The position numbers were made by a program, and so were the translations under genes. A stretch of DNA of 64,000 nucleotides from Cyanophora paradoxa CCMP329 (Eukaryota; Plantae; Glaucophyta): positions 124,001 through 188,000 of the forward strand of contig QPMI01000195.1 in the NCBI GenBank assembly GCA_004431415.1, written 5' to 3'. Each line of letters begins with the position of its first letter. Position 1 is the stretch's first letter. Below, one piece after another: positions 48,450 to 59,633 of the stretch. A model generated the notes under the pieces. The model worked only from the letters and a program-made list of their open reading frames with translations, was not told the origin of the DNA and made no database searches.

Positions 48450-51400
48450 GCAGCGCGGGGCCGCGCGAGGCCGTGACGAACCCCGGGGCGGTGATGGGGC
48501 CATGAGCTCCAGCAGGAGAGCGCGGCTGGCGAGCCAGAGGCCGGCCCGCCCTGCGCAAGCAGGTTATGCGGCGGCGGTGGGTCGAGCAGCAGCCCGGGGC
48601 CGCGCGAGGTCGCTGCAGACCTCGGGGCGGGGGTGGGGCCTTGAGCTCCAGCCAGGAAGCGTCGCGGGCGAGCTAGAGGCCGGCCCGCCTTGCATACGCA
48701 GGTCAGGCGGTGGTGGCGAGCCGAGCTGTGGCATGGGGCCGCGCGAGGTCGCCACGGACCTTGGCGCGGCGGCGGAGCTTTGAGCTCCAGTATGAGGCGC
48801 TGCAGGCGAGCCAGCGGCTGGCCGGGCCCGCCCTGCGCAAGCAGGTCAGGCGGCGGCGGCGAGCCGAGCGGCGGCGCGGGGCCGCGCGAGGTCGCAGTAG
48901 CCCTCGGTGTAGTGGCGGGGCCTGGAGCTTCAGCCAGGGGGCCTTGCGGGCGAGCCAGGGGCCGGCCCGCCCTGCGCCCGCAGGTCGGGCGGAGGCGGCG
49001 GGTCGAGCGGCGGCGCGGGCCGAGCGGCGGCGCGGGGCCGCGCGAGGCCGTGACGGACCTCGGGGCCGCGAAGGAGCCTTGAGCTCCAGCAGGGGGCGAC
49101 GCGGGTGAGCCAGAGGCCGGCCCGCCCTGCGCAAGCAGGCGAGGCGGCGGCGGCGAGCCGAGCGGCGGTGCGGGCCGTGCGAGGTCGCTGCAGACCTCGG
49201 GGCGGTGGTGGAGGCTTGAGCTCCAGCAGGAGAGCGCGGTGGGCGGGCCAGCGGCCGGCCCGCCCTGCGCCAGCGGGTCAGGCAGTGGCGGTACGCCGAG
49301 CTGCAGCGCGGGCCGCGCGAGGCCGTGACGGACCTCGGGGCGTAGGTGGGGCCCTGGGCTCTAGCCGGAGAGCGCGGCAGGCGAGCCAGCGGCCGGCCCG
49401 CCCTGTGCAAGCAGGTCAGGCGGCGGCGGCGGGTCGAGCTGCAGCGCGGGGCCGCGCGAGGCCGTGACGGACCTCGGGGTAGCGGTGGAGCCCTGGGCTC
49501 CAGCCGGAGAGCGCGGCAGGTGAGCCAGCGGCCGGCCCGCCCTGCGCAAGCAGGTCAGGCGGCGGCGGCGGGTCGAGCGGCGGCGCGGGGGCCGCGCGAG
49601 GCCGTGACGGACCTCGGGGCGGGGCGGGGCCCTGGGCTCCAGCCGGAGAGCGCCGCAGGCGAGCCAGCGGTCGGCCCGCCCTGCGCAAGCAGGTCAGGCG
49701 GCAGCGGCGGGTGGCGCGGCGGTGCGGGGCCGCGCGAGGTCGTTTTCGGACCTCGGGGTGGAGGTGGGGCCCAAGGGCTCCAGCCGGGGAGCGCTGTATG
49801 CGAGCCAGCGGCCGGCCCGTCCTGCGCAAGCAGGTTATGCGGCGGCGGCGGTCGAGTGGTGGTGCAGGGCCGCATGAGGCCGTGAACGGACCTCGGGGCG
49901 GAGGTGGAGCCCAAGGGCTCCAGCCGGAGGGCGCGGCAGGCGAGCCAGCGGCCGGCCCGCCCTGCGCAAGCAGGTCAGGCGGCGGCGGTGGGTCGAGCGG
50001 CAGCGCGGGGCCGCGCGAGGCCGTGACGGACCTCGGGGCGGAGGTGGGGCCCTGGGCTCCAGCCGGGGAGCGCTGCATGCGAGCCAGCGGCCGGCCCGCC
50101 CTGCGCAGGCAGGTCAGGCAGTGGCGGTACGCCGAGCTGCAGCGCGGGGCCGCGCTAGGCCGTGACGGATCTCGGGGCGGAGGTGGAGACCAAGGCTCCG
50201 GCCGGGGAGGGCTGCATGCGAGCCAGCGGCCGGCCCGCCCTGCGCAAGCAGGTTATGCGGCGGCGGCGGGTCGAGCGGCCGCGCGGGCCGCGCGAGGCCG
50301 TGACGGACCTCGGGGCGGAGGTGGAGCCCTGGGCTCAGCCGGGGAGCGCTGCGTGCGAGCCAGCGGCCAGCCCGCCCTGCGCCAGCAGGTGATGCGGCGG
50401 CGGCGGGTCGAGCAGCAGCGCGGGGCTGCGCGAGGCCGTGATGGACCTCGGGGCGGAGGTGGAGCCCTGGGCTCCAGCCGGGAAGCGCTGCATACGAGCC
50501 AGCGGCCGGCCCGCCCTGCGCAAGCAGGGTATGCGGCGGCGGCGGGTCGAGCGGCATCGCGGGCCGGGCGAGGCCGTGACGGACCTCTGGGCGGCGGTGG
50601 CGCCTTGAGCTCCAGCCGGGGGGGGCTGCGGACGAGCCAGCGGCGGGCCCGCCCTGCGCGGGCAGGTTATGCGGCGGCGGCGTGTCGAGCGGCAGCACAG
50701 GGAGCGCGAGGCCGTGGCGGACCTCGGGCGGTGGTGGGGCCTTGGGCTCCAGCCGGGGAGCGCTGCATGGGCACCAGCGGCCGGCCCTGCGCAGGCAGGT
50801 TATGCGGCGGCGGCGGGTCGAGCGGCAGCGCGGGGCCGCGCGAGGCCGTGACGGGCCTCGGGCGGCAGTGGAGCCCTGGGCTCCAGCCGGGGAGCGCTGT
50901 ATGCGAGCCAGCGGACGGCCCGCCCTGCGCAAGCAGGTTTTTCGGCGGCGGCTGGTCGGGCGGCAGTGCGGGGCCGCGCGAGGCCGTGATGGACCTCGGG
51001 GCGGGGCGGGCCCTGGGCTCCAGCCGGGGAGCGCTGCGTGCGAGCCAGCGGCCGGCCCGCCCTGCGCAAGCAGGTCAGGCGGCGGCGGCGGGTCGAGCGG
51101 CCGCGCGGGGCCGCGCGAGGCTGTGACGGACCTCGGGGCGGAGGTGGGGCCCTGGGATCCAGCCGGGGAGCGCTGCATGCGAGCCAGCGGCCGGCCAGCC
51201 CCGCGCCAGCAGGTTATGCGGCGGCGGTGGGTCGAGCGGCAGCCCGAAGCCGCGCGAGGCCGAGACGGACCTCGGGGCGGAGGTGGAGCCCTGGGCTCAG
51301 CCGGGGAGCGCTGCGTGCGAGCCAGCGGCCAGCCCGCCCTGCGCCAGCAGGTGATGCGGCGGCGGCGGGTCGAGCGGCAGCGCGGAGCTGCGCGAGGCGG

Positions 51401-54035
51401 TGATGGACCTCGGGGCGGAAGTGGAGCCCTGGGCCCCAGCCGGAGGGCGCGGCAGGCGAGCCAGCGGCCGGCCCGCCCTGCGCAAGCAGGTCAGGCGGCG
51501 GCGGTGGGTCGAGCGGCGGCGCGGGGCCGCGCGAGGCCGTGACGGGCCTCGGGGCGTAGGTGGGGCCCTGGGCCCCAGCCGGAGAGTACCGCAGGCGAGA
51601 CGGCGGTCGGCCCGCCCTGCGCAAGCAGGGTATGCGGCGGCGGCGGGTCGAGCGGCATCGCGGGGCCGGGCGAGGCCGTGACGGACCTCTGGGCGGCGGT
51701 TGCGCCTTGAGCTCCAGCCGGGGGGCGCTGCGGACGAGCCAGCGGCGGGCCCGCCCTGCGCGGGCAGGTTATGCGGCGGCGGCGTGTCGAGCGGCAGCAC
51801 AGGGAGCGCGAGGCCGTGGCGGACCTCGGGGCGGTGGTGGGGCCTTGGGCTCCAGCCGGGGAGCGCTGCATGCGCACCAGCGGCCGGCCCTGCGCAGGCA
51901 GGTTATGCGGCGGCGGCGGGTCGAGCGGCAGCGCGGGCCGCGCGAGGCCGTGACGGACCTCGGGGCGGCCGTGGAGCCCTGGGCTCCAGCCGGGGAGCGC
52001 TGCGTGCGAGCCAGCGGCCGGCCCGCCCTGCGCAAGCAGGTCAGGCGGCAGCGGCGTGTCGAGCAGCAGCGCGGGGCCGCGCGAAGCCGTGACGGACCTC
52101 GGGCGGAAGTGGGGCCCTGGGCTCCAGCCGGGGAGCGCTGCATGCGAGCCAGCGGCCGGCCAGCCCCGCGCCAGCAGGTTATGCGGCGGCGGTGGGTCGA
52201 GCGGCAGCCCGAAGCCGCGCGAGGCCGAGACGGACCTCGGGGCGGAGGTGGAGCCCTGGGCTCAGCCGGGGAGCGCTGCGTGCGAGCCAGCGGCCGGCCC
52301 GCCCTGCGCCAGCAGGTGATGCGGCGGCGGCGGTCGAGCGGCAGCGCGGGGCTGCGCGAGGCGGTGATGGACCTCGGGGCGGAAGTGGAGCCCTGGGCCC
52401 CAGCCGGAGAGCGCGGCAGGCGAGCCAGCGGCCGGCCCGCCCTGCGCAAGCAGGTCAGGCGGCGGCGGTGGGTCGAGCGGCGGCGCGGGGCCGCGCGAGG
52501 CCGTGACGGCCTCGGGGCGTAGGTGGGGCCCTGGGCCCCAGCCGGAGAGTACCGCAGGCGAGACGGCGGTCGGCCCGCCCTGCGCAAGCAGGTTATGCGG
52601 TGGCGGCGGGTCGAGCAGCAGCGCGGGGCCGCGCGAGGCCGTGACGGACCTCGGGGCGGAGTTGGGGCCCTGGGCTCCAGCCGGGGAGCGCCGCAGGCGA
52701 GCCAGCGGCCGGCCCGCCCTGCGCAAGCAGGTTATGCGGCGGCGGAGGTCGAGCGGCGGCGCGGGGCCGCGCGCGGACACTGCGTACCTCGGGGCGGTGG
52801 CCGGTGGAGCCTTGAGCTCCAGTCGAGGAGTGCCGCGGGCGAGCCAGCGGCCGGCCTGCCCTGCGCGAGCAGGTCAGGCGGCAGCGGTGTGTCGAGCGGC
52901 GGCGCGGGGGTCGCGCGAGGCCGCTTCAGACCTCGGGGTGGAGGTGGGGCCCAAGGGCTCCAACCGGCGAATGTCGCAGGCGAGCCAGCGGTCGGCCCGC
53001 CCTGCGCAAGCAGGTCAGGCGGCGGCGGCAGGTCGCGCGGCGGCGCGGGCCGCGCGGGGCTGTGACGGACCTCGGGGCGGAGGTGGGGCCCCAAGGGCTC
53101 CAGCCCGAGAGCGCCGCGTGCGAGCCAGCGGCCGGCCCGCCCTGCGTAAGCAGGTCCGGCGGCGGCGGCGAGTCGAGCGGCGGTGCGGGGCCGCGCGAGG
53201 CCGTGACGGACCTCGGGGCGGAGGTGAAGCCCAAGGCTCCAGCCGGAGAGCGCCGCAGGTGGCCCGCGGCCGGCCCGCCCTGCGCAAGCGGGTCAGGCGG
53301 CGGCGGCGGGTCGAGCGGCGGCGCGGGGGCCGTGCGAGGCCGTGACGGACCTCGGGGCGGAGGCGGAGCCCTGGGCTCCAGCCGGAGAGCGCCGCAGGCG
53401 AGCCAGCGGTCGGCCCGCCCTGCGCAAGCAGGTCAAGCGGCGGCGGCGGGTGGCGCGGCGGTGCGGGGCCGTGCGAGGTCGTTTTCGGACCTCGGGACGG
53501 AGGTGGAGCCCTGGGCTCTAGCCGGGGAGCGCCGCAGGCGCGCCAGCGGTCGGCCCGCCCTGCGCAAGCAGGTCAGGCGGCGGTGCCACGGTGGCGGGTC
53601 GAGCGGCGGCACGGGGCCGCGCGAGGCCGTGACGGACCTCGGGGCGGAGGTGGAGACCAAGGCTCCAGCCGGAGAGCGCCGCAGGCGAGCCAGTGGTCGG
53701 CCCGCCCTGCGTAAGCAGGTCAGGCGGCGGCGGCGGCGGGTCGAGCGGCAGCGCGGGCCGCGCGAGGCCGTGACGGACCTCGGGGCGGAGGCGGAGCCCT
53801 GGGCTCCAGCCGGGGAGCGCTGCGTGCGAGCCAGCGGCCGGCCCGCCCTGCGCAAGCAGGTCAGGCGGCGGCGGCGGGTGGCGCGGCGGTGCGGGGCCGC
53901 GCGAGGTCGTTTTCGGACCTCGGGACGGAGGTGGAGCCCTGGGCTCCAGCCGGGGAGTGCCGCAGGCGAGCCAGCGGCCGGCCCGCCCTGCGCAAGCAGG
54001 TCCGGCGGCGGCGGCGAGCCGAGCTGCGGTGCGGG
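48450..54035. repeat. GC-rich satellite, ~140-bp monomer, about 40 copies
   Basis: CCTGCGCAAGCAGG recurs at 49541, 49680, 49821, 49961 and 50100 (period 139-141). Confidence 0.92.
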
Positions 54036-56115
54036 GGTTGCGTCGCCAGCAGGCCGCCTCGCAGCGAGATCTAGAGCGCAAGCGGGGACCGTAGTCCGCA
54101 GCGTAACGCGCCACTGGGGTAGCGGCAGCACTGCGGTAGCGGAAGCGCCAGCCTGGCAGCTGCAGCTGCGGGCGCCGGCTGACTCGAGCTCGCATGCGCA
54201 CTGCGGCACTGCCAGGCTGCGGCTGTACTGCCACTGCAGACTGCGCATGCCGTGCCGCGCCGCAGCGGCGGCACTGCGGCAGCGGATCCCCCGGAACTTG
54301 GCCGGAAGTGCCCGCCTCAGCGGCCTGGCACTGCGGCAGTGAGACCGCGCGGCGCGGGACCGCGGGTGACGGGTCCGGCGGCTCCGGAGTCCGGAGTCCG
54401 TGTTGCCACTCCACTACGTACCCTTTTGCACCACGTAGCAGAATCGAGTTGGACGGGCCTATTACATGATTGCCGGGGCCCCGTGCCCAAATCCGCTTTG
54501 GGCACGTCGGGGCTAGGGCGCGTCGTGCCCAAAGGCCTGGGCACGGCGGGTAGAGCAGCGTCGTGCCCAAACGACCCCTGACGACGTCTCTTTACTACGA
54601 TGAAAGGCGGACCTACGGGGTTGCCGAAACGCCCCCGCAAGCCTCTTTCGACCGTAGCTGCCTGGAGCTTACGAAGATCGCGGCCGCGATGCGGTGCGCG
54701 ATTCGTGGGCTCCCACTGCTCGCGCAGTGTCCTCTGAGCACTGATCGCTCGCTCGCTGGCTCTGCTGAGCCGACGATGGTCCAAGAGACAAGTTGCCCGT
54801 TGCGCACCGGACCGACCTCGGGCAGCGTGCCCGGGCGGCTTGCGCCGGTGCGCACCTCACGATCTGAGGCTGTTGTCCCTCCCCCGTAGTCGCTAGCTGG
54901 CCGGATGAACCGCTGTTGCTGCGCCACCGCGTAGACGCGCCGCACTCCTACGGCCTCGGCCGGCACAGCTGTTGTTGACAGCTGGCTAGCACGGAGTGCC
55001 CGTAGAGTCTCCGGCGAGGGTATTGCCAGGCTAGATAGCTGGCAAGGTGGTGTATTGGGGGTACAGATGGACTGAGCTACAGGGGTACAGGGCTACAGGG
55101 ACTTGGACAGTATATCACTGCTGCAATACGAATTCGGCAATTTTACTACGCGGCGATTTAAGCCGGCGATTTAAGCGCTAGCGGCGATTTGAATGAACTT
55201 CCTACTACGGTAGTAGTACTGAGTAGTCCTTGCCAGGCTTGAGGCTTGAACGAGTCATTGAATTGAAGTTGTCAACTTGTCAAAGTTGTCGTCATGCAGC
55301 CTGATGCAGGATGATGCAGCAACTAGTACTTGCCAAAACAAACACTTGCACGAACAGTAGCCTGATGCAGGATGATGCAGCAACTAGTATTTTGTCGTGA
55401 ACACGAACACAGGAAGAAAAATACATTTTGCAACGCTCTGCAAAAAAGTGCATTTCAGCCGGCGCGGCGGCGCCTTTGACCGCAATCTCTTCTTTCTGAT
55501 TGGTTGTCTGGTCGGTTTGGCCGAAACGATTGGCCAACTCTTACGCCGTCGTGGCATTGTACGCCGTCGTGGCCGATTTATGCATACTAGTATGGCTGTA
55601 CTACGGTACGCCGTCGTGGCATTGTACGGACCACAGACTCCACAGTAACGTTAACGGTACGTCGCGAATTTCGGATAAGCTCGCCGAGTCGGAATAACGT
55701 TAACGTGTACATGGAACAGGCAGGAAATTAAAATACTGGGCCGGAAACTAGCTACCGGTATAGCCGCTGAGCTCTCCGGAGTCCGGATTCCGGAATAACT
55801 TGGCGCTCCGAGTCCGCCGGCGCCGGGCCGGATCTGGGCCCTGCATGAGGGCCGATGATGAGGCAAACATTGCTAATACTATGTGATACTTTCGACTTCA
55901 ATGAGGCAAACATGAGGCAAAAAGTCAATTTTCGACTCGAATACTTTTGGACTCCAATAATTATCAGCGTCCAGTATTTTCCTGTTACACGGTACTACAT
56001 TTACATGGAAATGTTCTCGCGATCGCTGTCGTATACTGTACGTACGCGCGCGTGTTCACTGTTCATGATCACTAGCTACGTACGCGTATACAGGGAGCGG
56101 CTAGCGACTAGGGTG

Positions 56116-56987
56116 CATAGATCGAGAGACAACAGAAGCAAAATAATTAAGACAAGAGTACGAAGAACGACACAGAGTACGGAGCACGACAAGACGAAGA
56201 GCCAAATCCGACAATAAAGGAAGAAAGACACAGAGGCTCTGAGACAGATCTAGATCTAGAAGAGACGATAAGCGAACAAGCACGACGAAGAACTGTAGGT
56301 AACATCATGATCAGCATCGGTCACGAGCATACGTACACGGAAGACAGAAGCGAGTAAGATAAATCACAGGCCCTAAGGAAGCAAACATGAGAGAGAGGGT
56401 GAGGGCCTACCTAAGGAACAACAACACGAAGAGGAGGCAGCTGCAGAGGCGAATTCGAAGGGGGACGATGCGAATGGCCTAGGGGTTGGGGCGAGTGTCG
56501 GAGGACTCAGGCGCGAAAAAAAGTTGCGAGAGCGTCCTGGAAGGCTTGGAGAAGGAGGCGGGCGGGCCTAGGGGGTGGGGCGCGAAGGAAAAACAAACAT
56601 TTCAGGGGGATGGGCCGTGCAACGTGGGGTCGGGCGCGCGGGTCTGGGGGGTCGGCGGTGGAGGGGGTGGAGGGCCGGGGAAGGCTGGGAACGTGAGAGA
56701 ATCCAGGGGGATAGGCGTGGGCCGTGCAGCGCGAACGTGGGGTCAGGCGGCCGCGGGTCTGGGGGGTCGGCGGTGGCATGGAGGGGGACGGTCTCCGGCG
56801 AGAGAGGGGGCGGGATCCGGAGAGACCCGCGGTCGGGGGTCACCCGGGGGCGAGGAGGGGATGGCAGGGTCTTCGACGCTGTTGGCCATATGCATGGGAG
56901 GAGGGGCGGGCGTGGCAGTGGGCAGTGCCGCCGGGAATATCGAAGACGGAGCCGTTCAGTCATGATCAGGGTCGGGGAGGTGGAGGC
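56116..56987 (-). mobile_element. Short 3' fragment of a LINE related to 18558-22006
   Basis: ARLLLQAFQDALATFFR matches ARLLLQAFQDALVTFLR. Possible 8-bp TSD CTAGGGTG at 56108-56115 and 56988-56995. Confidence 0.65.
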
Positions 56988-57219
56988 CTAGGGTGATTGT
57001 TCTGGAATCGTACTTTACGGAGATGGTCGCCAGTAGCTATAGGGGTGCACTTGCAATTGTCTGAAACAAGCGAGATCTAGATCTAGAGGGCTGGGGTGAG
57101 GGTGGAGTGTGGGCTGCTGAAGATTGCCCACGGCGTTGCGAAGCTGCCTGCTGCACATTTGATTTGCTCGGATAGGTCTGGCCAGGCAGGAAGGGGGTTG
57201 ACCGCCCGTATATATATAT

Positions 57220-57402
57220 GACTCCGCGGCCGTCAATGACTCCAAAAATCCGCGGCCGTCAATGACTCCAAAGATCGAGACGCTTGCAAGCACAGCAAAC
57301 GTAACGATGAGTGACAGCTGCGCACGACAAGATGTATAGTGAGAGACCTTAGTAAATGACACGGGGGATGGCTAATGGGCCTTAGAGTAAACGAGATATG
57401 TA
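57220..57402. repeat. Third copy of the gene-B downstream segment, continuing at 58913-58950
   Basis: Matches 7960-8143 and 59410-59607. Confidence 0.75.
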
Positions 57403-58912
57403 CTAGGGGCCCGGCCGCGTTTGGCGCGCCGGGGGTGCAAGGGGGGAATCGGGATCTAATGAAAGAGTAGTAGTGGCACGAACATGCACGGGGCAGATGT
57501 AGATCGACCCCGGCCCAGCGCGCGCGGCAGGTTGAAGTAGTAAAGATAGACACAGATTATATATGATTGAAAAGAATAGAAAAGGGCTGATATGCAGACG
57601 CTGCGATCTAACCGAATAAAGAAAAGCCTGAATGAAAGGCCAGATTCAGCGCACTGTATATGAAAGATTGTTCTGGAGCGGAAAAACGCTGCGCATCATT
57701 TGTGTTCGCGCGGCCTACCCCTAACCCTGAACAGCTGGCTAAAAGATGATGGTGTTGTCTGCAGAGGGCTCGCCGTAAACATAGGCGATCCAGGCCTTCT
57801 GGAGGGGGTCGAGGCGGAAGTCGCCCATGGGGGTGAGCGGCAGCCAGCGGCGGCGGTCCTGAAGAGAGCCGTCTTGCGAGAGCATGGTGAGGCGGCCCGC
57901 CGCTTCGAGCGCCCGCAGAGCCACGCGGCTGGCGCGCTGCTCGCTCCCGCCGCGCATCTGGTAGACAAGGTCTTGAATTTCGATATCCGCGAGGCCGGCG
58001 TCACGGAGGCGCTTGAGGACTCCCATGTGGAGGTCCTCGATCGCAGGCCTAGGCCTGCCGTGGCAATCATGAACAGAGGTCAGCTATATATGGGCGGTCC
58101 ACTTCAATGAATTTTCGCGCACCCGACAAAGCGAACGACGAAGCGATGCTGCCGCTCAGCCGCGAGTGCTTCGACGGTCGCTAATTATAAAGCGAAGGCG
58201 ACGGCTTGCTCGCGCGTCGGGGGGAAGCCAGCGCGGTCGGGGAGCTCGCGGACGAGGATGAGCAGCGCCTTCTCAGCCGCTCCGAGCACGGACACGTGAT
58301 CCGTCACGAGCGGCAAGCGGTGTGCAGCGGAGCGCCGTGCCCAGCAACCGAGCTGGACTGCTGGCCGGGTGGCAGGCGGCAAGGGCGCAGGCACGCGGCG
58401 CCGGCGCAACGCAGGGCGTACGCGGGGCGCCGACTGAGCAGACAAGCGGCACGTCGTGCGCAACACGCGAACTGGTCTGCTGGCCGGGTGCGGCGTACGC
58501 GCGCGGCGCAGTGCGAGGAAGCGGAAATCTAGAGGAGACAGCTAGAGAGAAGTGGTTCCATGCAGAACCGCGCAACGAAGAGCAAGGCGTATACGTACGC
58601 GGCGCACTGCAGCTGCGAGGAAGCGGAAATCTAGAGGAGACAGCTAGGGAGAACTGGTTCCATGCATAACCGCGTAAGAAATTCGAAGACCGGAGTGAGG
58701 AGAAGTTCGTTTTCCCCTCGAAAACCACTTTTTCCCCTCGACTTTCATGCTCGAAAGTCGAAAGCTGACCGGTCCACCGAGCCAATCGGAATGCGAATAA
58801 AGCCCCATTTTTTTCTGGTGTTGCAAACTGGACCTCGAAAAACGGCCTCATAGAAAAATTTTGGCTGAAGCGAGGGAACGGGAAGCAAGGGGGTCCCCTT
58901 CCCCCCTTGCAA
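57403..58912 (-). mobile_element. Non-autonomous Helitron2/Helentron-like element carrying ORF fragments
   Basis: Inserted between A and T with no TSD, judged from the paralogous empty sites. The minus strand starts TTGCAAGGGGGG and ends with a GC hairpin plus CTAG. An inverted copy of the 5' end (TGCAAGGGGGGA) lies ~35 bp inside the 3' end. Confidence 0.7.
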
Positions 58913-59633
58913 TAAACGGTGATAATGAATGGGTCTGCGCCTCTATAGCTAGACCTAGCAAGCACTTATTCTGGATATTCTGACGTATACATATATACAG
59001 GCACACGGCGCGTGGCGCGCGCGCGTGGCCGCGCAGCGTACATGCGCTGGCCATATGCATGGCATAGCCAGGATAAAACCAGACCGACTTTCGAATATTT
59101 TAATCTGACGGGTGGTATGCATATGCGCAATTGCAAGGGGTGAAGAGCAGCTGACTTGCCCCACCCCTTCTCCCCCGCCTCCCCCCCTCCCCCCGCCCGC
59201 CCCCTTCCCCTTGCAATGATGGGCGATTCAATAATTTCTTTATTTGCGTAGCCAGCACGAAGCACATCGCAATTGCAATTGGAGTAGCTACAAGCTTGAG
59301 GTCAGCGAAAGCGAAAGGGCGAAAACAATCAGATTAATTTCATTATGTGCCGTCCATGCGCATGCACGTGCACGTGCACGTGCATGTGCACATGTTAGAA
59401 CTGCAATTCGTGGCCGTCAATGACTCCAAAGATCGAGACGCTTGCAATCACAGCGAGCGAAATGATGAGAGACAGCTGCGCGAAACGAGATATGCACAGT
59501 GAGAGACCTTAGTTAATTACACGGGGGATAGGTAACGGGTCTTAGAGTAAACGAGTTATGTGTAAACGGTGATAATGATTGGGTATGCCGCAGTGCGCCT
59601 CTAGCTACTTGAAGACAGCAACTGTGATCATCG

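Noticed and set aside
48421-54570. Many long Arg/Gly/Ala/Pro-rich ORFs on both strands
   Set aside because: They are translations of a ~140-bp GC-rich satellite. The period is not a stable multiple of 3 and the frames shift between units.
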